Below, piece by piece: positions 9,252-18,599 of a stretch of DNA of 49,660 nt. Numbering within the stretch: position 1 is the stretch's first letter; each line of letters opens with the position of its first letter. The stretch covers positions 1 to 49,660 of the forward strand of contig JBFMCE010000011.1 in the NCBI GenBank assembly GCA_040754655.1, in the 5' to 3' direction. The notes beneath the pieces were generated by a model, which made no database searches, was not told where the DNA came from, and saw nothing but the letters and a program-made list of their open reading frames with translations. This DNA comes from Bdellovibrionota bacterium (GTDB lineage: Bacteria > Bdellovibrionota > UBA1018 > UBA923). Made by a program: the position numbers and the translations under genes.

Positions 9252-10114
9252 TGAATACTGAAGAGAATAGAAGCTTGGGAAGTCTTGTTGAAACTTTTCT
9301 GGCGTGCAACCAGTGTCACGGGCCTGTTCGGTTAGAGGCCAGCAAGATCATTTGTGGCAAAGAGGGCTGCGCTTCACTAGCGCTTTCAGAGGGGGGAGTC
9401 GTTTTGACCGAAAACAGGGTCGAACGTTCTTTCTTCGACGATAAGCATGAAATCATGCATGCCGGAAACGAGGGTGAAGAGACGAAGCGACTGTTTTATC
9501 AACGGCAGGCGAAATATGCGGAGTCTTTTTTTGCTCCGGGGAAAACGGTCTTAGATGTGGGCTGTGGCCCGGCTTTCTCGTACGAGAAGAAGAGCGGCAC
9601 TCTTTTCATCGGTCTCGATTATTCTTTAGAGTCGATTCGGGCCAACAAGTCCGCTGACCTCAAGGTGCATGGTTCGGCTGCGGCGTTGCCGTTGAAAGAA
9701 GATTCAGTTGATACGATTATTTGTTTTTACTCCATTCACCACATGGTCGGAAAGAAACTCGCGGAAAATCGAAAGATCGTTGAGAGCGCGTTTGCCGAAT
9801 TTGGCCGCGTCATACGCCCGGGCGGAGATCTGGTTATCTTTGAGGTGACGCCGTGGTGGCCATTTGGAATAGCTGAGAAAGTGGTTTGGAACGCAGCAAG
9901 GCAAAAGCTCGGAAAGAAATTAGACATGTTTTTTTGGCCAAAGACCGAACTGATCAGGCTAGGGGAGAAGCATTTTCCGGAAGCCAAATTCAACAGGAAA
10001 CGATTTGACGTTTCTCCATTTTACCCCGTTTATCCGGCGATCGCCTTGCCTAAACTTAAAGTTCCCCGGTTCTTGTATCCTTTTGATGTCTGTGCGTACC
10101 ATTGGCATTTTTGA
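9248..10114 (+). CDS. Class I SAM-dependent methyltransferase with N-terminal Cys-rich (Zn-ribbon/Trm112-like) segment
   Basis: LACNQC...ICGKEGC at the N-terminus, then VLDVGCG, GLDYS and SIHH. ATGA overlap with the upstream stop. Confidence 0.88.
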   Translation: MMNTEENRSLGSLVETFLACNQCHGPVRLEASKIICGKEGCASLALSEGGVVLTENRVERSFFDDKHEIMHAGNEGEETKRLFYQRQAKYAESFFAPGKTVLDVGCGPAFSYEKKSGTLFIGLDYSLESIRANKSADLKVHGSAAALPLKEDSVDTIICFYSIHHMVGKKLAENRKIVESAFAEFGRVIRPGGDLVIFEVTPWWPFGIAEKVVWNAARQKLGKKLDMFFWPKTELIRLGEKHFPEAKFNRKRFDVSPFYPVYPAIALPKLKVPRFLYPFDVCAYHWHF

Positions 10115-10119
10115 GGGCC

Positions 10120-11547
10120 ATGAGAATGGGTGTTCAGGCATCTTTGAGAAAACTGATAATGAAGATCGGGGAGAAGTCTTCTTTCTTTGTTTTCAGTACT
10201 GGCGAGTCGACGATAGGAAACACGGCTGAAGAAATTTATTACGCTCTCATCCACGCGCGCCGCAGCGGCAAGAAACTGCTTTTATTAAGGCGCTACTCGT
10301 TGTTTGGACTGCCCCAAATCGCGAATACTGAGATTTTTAAGTTGGACAGCCCGCATTTCCTAGGGCGTGGCCGACAGATTCTGGAAATCACAGGCAACCT
10401 TTTAATTTCGGCTTTGTTTGGCCACCTGCCGGCGCTCTGGCGTTATGTCGCCGTCAACCTTGAAAGACTTGCCCGGTTTGCGGCGTCTGGATTGGCTTAC
10501 GTCTTTGGTGGTCAGCGGCGCTCACGACCGCGTTTCGTCTATCGCCGTTATAGACATTTATTTTTTACGCCGAACTTTGGTTTGGAACTCCTTTGGAACC
10601 CTTCGCTCTCAAAAACCTTTTCTTGGGAAACCGTTCGTTCGTATGAGTGGGGGAAACAAATCCACCAACCCCTGTCAGTGGCTATCCGCGCGAAAAAAGC
10701 GGTTCGGGCACGGAGCGCGCTTCAAAGAATGGGAATTGAACGAGGGAGAGACTGGTACGTTTGTTGGCACGTGAGAGAGGGAGGATTTCGTTCTGACAAG
10801 AACAGCCCAAGAAACGGCGATATCATGCTCTCGGTCAAAGCCATGCAGGCCATTGTTCAAGCGGGCGGTTGGGTTGTGCGGCTTGGCGACAAGACGATGA
10901 CTCGTCTGCCAAAGCTTGAGCGTGTGATCGATTATCCGTTTTCAGAGTTCAAGTCGGAGCTCATGGATCTGTACTTGATCCAGAACTGCCGATTCTATGT
11001 GGGCATGCCCTCAGGCCCCATTGATATCGCCCATTTGTTCCAAAAACAGACGCTCTCGATAGGGTCAACCGAAACCGTGATGACCCCGACTCCGCGCAAG
11101 AACACGTTGGCGATCAAGAAGCATGTTTACTCAAGACAAAAACAAAGATTCCTTTCGCTCAAAGAGCAGATGGGCGAGCCTTACTCGATGCACCAGCTCT
11201 ATGGGGTTGATGAAGACTATCTTTTTATCGAAAACTCCCCAGATGAGATCTGCGATGCCGTGATGGAAGCCTTTGAACGCTCTCAAGATCCTGATCGTGA
11301 GTATAGCGCCCTTCAAATCGAGTTTATTCGTAAACGAGAAGAGATGGTCAGGGGATATTTTTCTGAAGTCCATCCGTTGCATGGCAATGACAAGATCTTT
11401 GGAATCGATCTCGATGTTTTTGAAAAGTACCGGCATGGAAGCAGGGTGCTAGACAGCAAGGGCACCTTGGGCCAGAAGTTCCTTGAAAGCTACTGGGAGA
11501 AGCCGCCTCAACTACAAGTGGATTCTCTGAGCGCTCTCAAACTTTAG
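10120..11547 (+). CDS. Putative glycosyltransferase, TIGR04372-like family (start uncertain, 10102-10159)
   Basis: WYVCWHVREGG, RNGDI, GGWVVRLGD, VIDY, KSELMDLYL..CRFYVG..SG and ENSPDEI, recognised as the TIGR04372 pattern. Confidence 0.75.
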   Translation: MRMGVQASLRKLIMKIGEKSSFFVFSTGESTIGNTAEEIYYALIHARRSGKKLLLLRRYSLFGLPQIANTEIFKLDSPHFLGRGRQILEITGNLLISALFGHLPALWRYVAVNLERLARFAASGLAYVFGGQRRSRPRFVYRRYRHLFFTPNFGLELLWNPSLSKTFSWETVRSYEWGKQIHQPLSVAIRAKKAVRARSALQRMGIERGRDWYVCWHVREGGFRSDKNSPRNGDIMLSVKAMQAIVQAGGWVVRLGDKTMTRLPKLERVIDYPFSEFKSELMDLYLIQNCRFYVGMPSGPIDIAHLFQKQTLSIGSTETVMTPTPRKNTLAIKKHVYSRQKQRFLSLKEQMGEPYSMHQLYGVDEDYLFIENSPDEICDAVMEAFERSQDPDREYSALQIEFIRKREEMVRGYFSEVHPLHGNDKIFGIDLDVFEKYRHGSRVLDSKGTLGQKFLESYWEKPPQLQVDSLSALKL

Positions 11548-13353
11548 CGCCTTAAGGTCATCCACCTTCAGGCCGAAAGCCGCCAAGCGGTCTTTCCAAT
11601 AAAGCGAGCTCTCGATTCTTTTCTCAAGCCGTTCAATCAAAGCAGGATCGATGCGGCCATGGACGCGATACTCCAATACGCCCAGAAAATACAATGCGAA
11701 CCCGTTTTCGGGCGCGATCACATCGGAGAGGTTCTTGAGGTTGGCCATCTGTTGTTGAATCTTGATGGGCCTTTCCTCATGAAACAGCCTGTGAAAATTC
11801 AAATGGTAGTTCATGTAAAACCAAATATCGGTGATCTGGTCTCGAGAAGGAACCGCGTCTAGGGGAATCTTTCCAAAAGCTTCCCTGAAATCCGGAGAGG
11901 CAAACGCTCTGCCTTGCTCAATATCAATTTGACGTCCGTAAGCGCCGCCTTGAAACACAGTCTTGGAAGGATCGATTTCTTTAAGCAAACCCTGGGCAAC
12001 CATCGAGTCATAGATCGGGGTGTTCGGAAGGGGTTGCAACGGGCTGATGCGGTACCAATCGAGATCCATTTGCCTGGCGACTTGGATGGTGTCTAGAGCC
12101 ATGCTCAAGGTCTCGCCCGGAAAACCAACCATCAAGAGGACGCTCGCGTGGATTTTCTCGTGTTTCTTTAGAACCTCTGCGGCCTTCAGGAAGGTCTCAA
12201 CTTTTCCTGGCTTTCGGACTTCCTTCAAAATCTTCGCATTGCCCGATTCCATGCCGATGTTCACGGCGACGCACCCAGACGCCTCCGCCGCGGATATGAC
12301 TTCATCAGTGCATGAGAAAGCGATGACGCCATTAGTGGCATCCCAAGTCATGCCGAGATTGCGCTTCACCATCTCGTTGAAAAGGCTGATCGCCCTTTCA
12401 TGGTTCATGAGCAAATCATCATCAAGCCACATCACGTGGCGGATGCCGTAATTGTCTCGCAACCGCTCAAGCTCATCGACGACTGACGACACGGAACGTT
12501 GCCTGACGCCGTCTCCATTGAAGTTCCTTACGCTGCAGAATGTGCAACGGGCTCGGCAGCCTCGGTTCGACAAGACCGTGGCAAAACGAGTGCCTTTGGG
12601 ACGAAGCCAATAAAAAGCCCCAACGGTGCCGTACTCCGAGTACTCGTTCAGGTTTTCAACCAAGTCGTGCGAGGGCACAAAGTTCAATTGTTCGGCTGTG
12701 GGCTGAGCATTGCCATCGAAGCGGTAATAGGCGTCTTGATCCACAAGAATGACCTGAGTAAGGTCGCTTAGCGGTGCTTTTCGATTCACGACGTTGACGA
12801 AGTTTTGGATCGCATTGTCACCTTCCCGCAAAAAGGCGATCGACGCGCTACGGACGTCTTTCAAGATGCGATTCACATCATTAGAGATGTGCACGCCACC
12901 GATCGAAATTGGCACGTTGAATTCTGAAATCGTGTCGCAGACTCTCTTCAGTGACGTGTGGGTCATGGTGAACATGCAGGTCACGCCCACCATGTCAGGT
13001 TTGAACTCTTCAATGGTTTGCCGAATCTTTGACTGCCAAGTCTCATCAAATTGGAATTGGTCTTGGGGCGACTCGACCGCCGTCTTGATCACTAAATGGT
13101 TGAGGTTGAGGATTTGCACTTTTACGCCGATCGATCGCAAGTGGGTAGCGATGACTGCAAGCCCATAAGGAGGATAATTCGTATAACGACGGCGTTTGGC
13201 TGTGCTGATTTGGAAGAGTTCCGATGTCGCGTCCGGCGGGTTCACCAACAGAACTTTGTTGATTTGCCGCGCGGGAAATAGCCGATTGAGGAGGTTCTCA
13301 GTAGGATCGTATAAACCTTCAACGGTATGGGTCGAACTAGTTTGGATTTCCAT
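11512..13353 (-). CDS. Cobalamin-binding (class B) radical SAM protein
   Basis: N-terminal B12-binding domain (LLVNPP, PPYGL, PDMVGVT, GGVH), RGCRARCTFC (CxxxCxxC), DDD, GMESG and GFPGET. Confidence 0.92.
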   Translation of the reverse strand: MEIQTSSTHTVEGLYDPTENLLNRLFPARQINKVLLVNPPDATSELFQISTAKRRRYTNYPPYGLAVIATHLRSIGVKVQILNLNHLVIKTAVESPQDQFQFDETWQSKIRQTIEEFKPDMVGVTCMFTMTHTSLKRVCDTISEFNVPISIGGVHISNDVNRILKDVRSASIAFLREGDNAIQNFVNVVNRKAPLSDLTQVILVDQDAYYRFDGNAQPTAEQLNFVPSHDLVENLNEYSEYGTVGAFYWLRPKGTRFATVLSNRGCRARCTFCSVRNFNGDGVRQRSVSSVVDELERLRDNYGIRHVMWLDDDLLMNHERAISLFNEMVKRNLGMTWDATNGVIAFSCTDEVISAAEASGCVAVNIGMESGNAKILKEVRKPGKVETFLKAAEVLKKHEKIHASVLLMVGFPGETLSMALDTIQVARQMDLDWYRISPLQPLPNTPIYDSMVAQGLLKEIDPSKTVFQGGAYGRQIDIEQGRAFASPDFREAFGKIPLDAVPSRDQITDIWFYMNYHLNFHRLFHEERPIKIQQQMANLKNLSDVIAPENGFALYFLGVLEYRVHGRIDPALIERLEKRIESSLYWKDRLAAFGLKVDDLKALKFESAQRIHL

Positions 13354-13368
13354 TTAAAACCACTCTTA

Positions 13369-14313
13369 TCATATTGACGAACTTGCTTGAAGCCTAACGA
13401 TCCACCGCTTCCTCGCGTTATAGGCGGCCTCATTCCGCGACTTCAACAAGTGATTCAATTCATCTTCGCAGCGCGACTCAAAGCTCGTGCGTTTAACTTG
13501 GGGGAGATGCCAGTATTTGCCCCAAGGCACCCGCTCCCTTTCCCAGCGAGAATCAATGCACTGGTACGGGTCAGCTCTTCGAATCCGGAAATCCACGCTC
13601 ACGCGCGTTTTTCCTCCTTTTCGAACGGTTTGATGCGGGCAAACCCCGTCAAAGAGCAGCAATTGCGACTTCTGCGGCGAATAATCAATCTGCGGGCATC
13701 CTGCCGCAAGCTTAGAGCCGCCCTTGTATGCACCCGTATAACTTTCAATGCTTTTCACATGAGATTCGGGGCAGTCATACAGCTCCATATAAGTCGCATC
13801 AATGTCACCGTCGACGTAGATCAAGCCGTTTACGATATCTTTGGGTTCGTCCGCCCAAATATCCGAATGCAGATAATCGGTTGCGTCTTCTCTCTGCATA
13901 TAGCCGGGCGGGGGGTTCCCATGGGCGACTCGAACATTCATTGGGAATTCTATCCCGGAAATGCCCTTTAAGACCCCCAATTTGAGCAGACATTCGGTAA
14001 CTGCCGCCTCTAATTCGACATAGAGGGCCAAATTTTTTGTCAACTGCAACGAAACTGTTTGATCAACCATCGCCAAGATTTTAGGCGCTGAATCGAGTTG
14101 GCTGGGATCTGCTTTTTGATTCAGAACGAGAGAGTGCCGGATGATGCTAAAAACGGTGTCGTGCAATCTCGAAAAATCGTCTTTATCAATGAGAACGCTT
14201 TTCGCATACGTGCGATCAAAAAGAACCGAGCTGCTTTTGCTTAAGTTTTCTGAGACGAAATTCCAGTAACTTGGACGATCCACAAGCGGTGTAGGTTGCG
14301 CTAACGTACTCAT
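13369..14313 (-). CDS. Putative 2-oxoglutarate/Fe(II)-dependent dioxygenase-like protein
   Basis: HSD (HxD), a distal H in CPHQT, and RVSVDFR (RxS 2OG-binding motif). Confidence 0.6.
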   Translation of the reverse strand: MSTLAQPTPLVDRPSYWNFVSENLSKSSSVLFDRTYAKSVLIDKDDFSRLHDTVFSIIRHSLVLNQKADPSQLDSAPKILAMVDQTVSLQLTKNLALYVELEAAVTECLLKLGVLKGISGIEFPMNVRVAHGNPPPGYMQREDATDYLHSDIWADEPKDIVNGLIYVDGDIDATYMELYDCPESHVKSIESYTGAYKGGSKLAAGCPQIDYSPQKSQLLLFDGVCPHQTVRKGGKTRVSVDFRIRRADPYQCIDSRWERERVPWGKYWHLPQVKRTSFESRCEDELNHLLKSRNEAAYNARKRWIVRLQASSSI

Positions 14314-14392
14314 ATAATGACCTAGAAATTACCCTAACGGAAATCGTAGGTATATTACTTTCTTTGACTGGCAAGCAGTTTCAAGGGTTTGA

Positions 14393-16153
14393 TCAGGCTT
14401 GAACCGCTCCCACGACTTCCCGATAAGTTCCCTCGGCTACTATCCTGCCGTCAACGATTTGGTAAAGGCGCTTGCAGTTTTTTGCCGTGGTGAGCCTGTG
14501 GGCAATGACCAAAATGGTCTTTTCCTGGCTAAGCCGTTCAATGGCCCTGATCACCTCAAGCTCGGTTTCATGGTCCAAAGCAGAGGTCGCTTCATCTAAA
14601 ACAAGCAGATCAGGATTATGATACAGAGCCCGGGCTATTCCGATTCGCTGTCTTTGACCCCCGCTTAGCCTTACTCCCCGTTCTCCTACAACTGCATCAA
14701 GCGAACCCAATTGCGCTGCGACTTCATCAAGTTGGGCCGCCCGAATCGCGTCCCAGATCCTGGCATCTTCGATTTCATTGTCTGGGATTCCGAAAGCGAT
14801 GTTCCGCCGAAGCGAGTCATCGCAGAGATAGATGGACTGAGGAATGTAACCAATGCGTTTTTGCCAAGAGCGAATGTCTTGGTGGATGTTGGCTCCATCC
14901 ACAAGGATGCGGCCGGAGGTTGGTTCCAGCAACCCCAAGACCAGGTCAACAAGCGTCGTTTTGCCTGCCCCCGAAGGCCCGATAAATGCGACCGAGTCAC
15001 CTCGCTTAATGGTGAGATTTACTTCTTCCAAAGCAAAGAAGTGGGTTCCTGGGTATTGGTACGAAACCGACTTGAGCTCAATAGAATCTTTTAAGGCTTT
15101 CTCGGAGCGTTGAGCCCGAACCGCGGCGGGTAATTTGAAATCACTTAGAGACTTGAGATCTTCATACACGATATCAACGGCCGATTTGCAATAACGCATC
15201 ATCGTGACGCTGCTCACAATGCGCGTGACAGAGGGCATGAGGCGCAACATGGCCAAACCAAAGAGAATCAGCACCGGCAATGTAGAGACGGCAGACTGCT
15301 GTTGCCACAACATGAAGAGAATTAACAATATGACCCCGGTCACGCTGATCGTCTCAATAAATAAACGCGGGAGTTGGCCCACCGTTTGTGCATGGCGGGT
15401 TACCTTCATGTCCCCGCCATAATTTTCCATGTAAGCCTTTACGAAGAAGTCTTCGCATCCCCAAATCTTCGTTTCTTTGATCCCTCCGAAAGCTTGGTGA
15501 ACCGCCTTAGCGATTTCAGCAGTGTAAAATTGCGATTTTTGGCCCCAAGCTTTCACTCTTTTTCTCACAAGGTAATAGAACGCCACTGTGCTCGAACCTA
15601 ATACAAGCAATGCCGCCACCGCAGGGCCGGGAGTTACCATGAGCAGCAGCGCGCCTATGCAGGTCATCACCATCAATTCCGTGAGAACGACAAGAAACGG
15701 CATTACGACGCCCACGATGATCCGGCCGACTTGATCAAGATTGCGTTGGAGAAGAGCGGTGTTCCGATTCAGGAAAAAAGGATAAGGTTGAAAAACGTAG
15801 GTGGTGAAGAGATAGCGCGCCAACGATACTGCTTTGCCGAAGGCGAGTTTATACTGAAAGTAAGAGAGCGCGGCGAGATAGAGATTCTTGATGAGATAAA
15901 TCACCATGATCCCAATCCCGCACCAGATGAAAAACGTGTGTTGAGAAGGCGCGTTCACGTTTTGATACAACCACCAGACGTAGCGGTTCTGCTCGATTTG
16001 GGCGGGATCCGTAATGATTCTGATGTAGGGCATGATCAAGCCAACACCCAAGGTTTCAAAGCCTGCGCCCACGAACATGAAGAACAACAAAATGATTGCT
16101 TGTCGCTTTGCGCGACTATCGAAAATGAAAGAGAGTTTTTTTAAAAGGTCCAT
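14393..16153 (-). CDS. ABC exporter with fused TMD and NBD, PglK/MsbA-like glycan flippase
   Basis: Multiple TM helices, Walker A GPSGAGKT, LSGGQRQR, LDEATSALD and IAHRL. Start set at ATG 16153. Confidence 0.9.
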   Translation of the reverse strand: MDLLKKLSFIFDSRAKRQAIILLFFMFVGAGFETLGVGLIMPYIRIITDPAQIEQNRYVWWLYQNVNAPSQHTFFIWCGIGIMVIYLIKNLYLAALSYFQYKLAFGKAVSLARYLFTTYVFQPYPFFLNRNTALLQRNLDQVGRIIVGVVMPFLVVLTELMVMTCIGALLLMVTPGPAVAALLVLGSSTVAFYYLVRKRVKAWGQKSQFYTAEIAKAVHQAFGGIKETKIWGCEDFFVKAYMENYGGDMKVTRHAQTVGQLPRLFIETISVTGVILLILFMLWQQQSAVSTLPVLILFGLAMLRLMPSVTRIVSSVTMMRYCKSAVDIVYEDLKSLSDFKLPAAVRAQRSEKALKDSIELKSVSYQYPGTHFFALEEVNLTIKRGDSVAFIGPSGAGKTTLVDLVLGLLEPTSGRILVDGANIHQDIRSWQKRIGYIPQSIYLCDDSLRRNIAFGIPDNEIEDARIWDAIRAAQLDEVAAQLGSLDAVVGERGVRLSGGQRQRIGIARALYHNPDLLVLDEATSALDHETELEVIRAIERLSQEKTILVIAHRLTTAKNCKRLYQIVDGRIVAEGTYREVVGAVQA

Positions 16154-16199
16154 CTTTTTGCTTTCGGATCGTTCATGAGAAAGGTAATTGATTATTACA

Positions 16200-18599
16200 A
16201 TGCCAAAGGGGCCTTTGTCCATTTCGAAAACGCATTTCTCGATGCCTGTTAAGGTCGGTTTTTTTGCGCTTTTTCTGTGGTTTGCCCTTCATTTCTTCTT
16301 CTTGAAAACCGTTTTTAATCACGACTCTTGGAATCATATCTTTCCGGTGACGTACGCAGTCGCTGAGCAAGGGGTTTGTGGTGGCATGCCCAGGTGGCTC
16401 GGAGGCGTGGATAGCGGTTCGCCAACTTTGCTTTACGTCATGTCGATGAGCTTGCTGTCATTTTTTCGGCTTCCCGCTATAAACGTCATGAGTTGTTTCG
16501 ATCTTTCCGCGGCGCAGGCTGTCGTTGTGCAGAAAATCCAATTGTTGTTTTCGTATCTGGGTTTCGCTTTTGGAATGTATGTTTTAGGCCGAATCTTGTT
16601 ACAGCGACATTTAGCGGCGATATTCTTGTTCATCGCGACCTTGTTCGCCGGGTTTGCGATGTCGAGCGTGATCACGGATCAATCCATCAGCGACGTGTTT
16701 TATTTGCCATGGGCAGCCGCTTGCGGGGCGCTCTTTCATCGAAATCGCCATTCACCGCGCGGTCTATTGTACCTGAGCGGGACCATTCTCTGTTTGTGCA
16801 TTGAAGCGCAGGATCAGCATCCCCATAACCCGGTGGCAGTTGGGCTCTTTGGCGGGATTCTCTATCTTGGTCTTTTCCCCGATACGTTCAAGGTGGTTTT
16901 CCGGAAGCGAAATTTACCCTTTGTTTTGCCAATGTTTTTCATTCTCGCGATAGCGGCCGTTCAATTGGGCATCGCGAAGACGACCATCGATGAGTATGTC
17001 CCGGCGTTGAGAATGCACGGACAATTGAAGATCACCGCTTCGGACCTGGGCTCGGGTGAGACGAACTTCATGCATCCCAGCGCGCTCGTGGGTTCGTTCT
17101 TCCCAATGGGTTTTTTCGCCGGCTTTGATCTGTTTGGCGATGCCTTGCGCGATTTTTTGAGGCACGATTTTTACCTGAGGAACACGGGGATGTGGCTCTA
17201 TAAGCTTGATGAGCCTCCCTTTGTTTTTGGATGGATTGTTTTTGTTTTTGCGATGATTTTCGCTTTTCGCCCCGGAATGAAGCGCGCTCGGATCTTCTGG
17301 TGCGGTTTTACGGCTTTGTTTTTCCTCGCTTCCTTGAAGATCAGCGGGTTTTATTTTTTCATGTTTCACCTGCCGTTCTTTGATTTGTTTCGAACCTACT
17401 CGATGTTCATCGTATTCGCCGTTTTTGGGTTTCTGGTGATGGGCGGGTATGGAGCCGATGCTTATCTTACGATGACGCCGGAGCAGCGATCGAAGGCAAT
17501 CAAGAGAACCTTGAAGCTCGCGCTCGCGTTGACTGGCGTCGCGGCCGTGTTCTTGCTCTTGCTTTTCCCGATCATCTTTTCAAAGAGCAAACTTATCGCA
17601 TCTCTTAAACCTTGGGAGTTGGGGCTCGCATTCATCGTTGACGCGATCGTAATAGTCGCCGGCGTTAAACTGTTCCTCAAGGGTGCGAAATCAGGCGGGG
17701 CGCTTGAAAAAAACTTGATGGCGTTGATGGCCGTCCTTGTGGCATCTCAATCAGTTTATCTTGTAAACTTTTATGGATTAGGAACGACCCCGGAAGCCCT
17801 CTTCGAGCGTTATAATTTGAAGGCGCAAGATTTGACCCCTCTTTCAGGAAGGCTTGCTTCAGATCCGTCGCTCGTGCGTCGAGTGATTTGCGGTACGTTC
17901 GGCCAATGCTACATCTCTCGAAGAGATACGATGTCGAGATTCGAGGGCACCTTCTTGAGGCACAAGGAAGAGCCTTTGTATCGATCGTTTCCCAAGGATT
18001 GGTTTGGCTGGGGGGTTGAGGGAACGCCTTACAAGAATGTCTTGAGCGAGGCGGCCTTTGAGGCGATTACTTCGATCTCGCATCCTATTTTCTGGCTGAG
18101 CCGCGAGATCGCGACTTACGAAGACAAGGAAGAGCTTACGTTTCGCCTGAACCAAAGTGGAAAAAACGTGAGCAGTTATCTTGGCGAAGTGACCCACGTG
18201 AAAAAGGGCGATGAACCTAGGCTGACTTTGGGCTCAGGTGATGCCGATCCAATGACCCACCCCAAGCAAACAGGATCATTGACCAGGCTCGAGCGGGGCG
18301 CTGACTGGATGCGACTGAACTATCAAGCAAGTGGGCCACTCTACTTGAATGCCTCTGTGAATTTCGACCCGGGTTGGAAGGCCAAGGTCAACGGTAAACA
18401 GACTCAAGTATATGAAGGAAATTTTCACGGGCTATTGGTGCCGCTTCCTCCCGGGGATGGGGTCGTTGAACTGAATTACCTCAGCTGGAAGAGTGAGTTT
18501 TTCTTCTATTCCCGGTACCTCTTTTTGATCGCGGCCATTGTCATGATGATCGCTGTTTGCAAGTCAATCCGTCGAGGCAAGATCGCGGTACAAGCTTAA
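16200..18599 (+). CDS. YfhO-like multi-TM membrane protein (GT-C superfamily)
   Basis: More than 10 TM segments and a YfhO-type C-terminal motif NFDPGWKAKVNGK...LLVPLPPGDGVVELNY followed by a last TM helix. Start uncertain (16188/16200/16242). Confidence 0.75.
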   Translation: MPKGPLSISKTHFSMPVKVGFFALFLWFALHFFFLKTVFNHDSWNHIFPVTYAVAEQGVCGGMPRWLGGVDSGSPTLLYVMSMSLLSFFRLPAINVMSCFDLSAAQAVVVQKIQLLFSYLGFAFGMYVLGRILLQRHLAAIFLFIATLFAGFAMSSVITDQSISDVFYLPWAAACGALFHRNRHSPRGLLYLSGTILCLCIEAQDQHPHNPVAVGLFGGILYLGLFPDTFKVVFRKRNLPFVLPMFFILAIAAVQLGIAKTTIDEYVPALRMHGQLKITASDLGSGETNFMHPSALVGSFFPMGFFAGFDLFGDALRDFLRHDFYLRNTGMWLYKLDEPPFVFGWIVFVFAMIFAFRPGMKRARIFWCGFTALFFLASLKISGFYFFMFHLPFFDLFRTYSMFIVFAVFGFLVMGGYGADAYLTMTPEQRSKAIKRTLKLALALTGVAAVFLLLLFPIIFSKSKLIASLKPWELGLAFIVDAIVIVAGVKLFLKGAKSGGALEKNLMALMAVLVASQSVYLVNFYGLGTTPEALFERYNLKAQDLTPLSGRLASDPSLVRRVICGTFGQCYISRRDTMSRFEGTFLRHKEEPLYRSFPKDWFGWGVEGTPYKNVLSEAAFEAITSISHPIFWLSREIATYEDKEELTFRLNQSGKNVSSYLGEVTHVKKGDEPRLTLGSGDADPMTHPKQTGSLTRLERGADWMRLNYQASGPLYLNASVNFDPGWKAKVNGKQTQVYEGNFHGLLVPLPPGDGVVELNYLSWKSEFFFYSRYLFLIAAIVMMIAVCKSIRRGKIAVQA

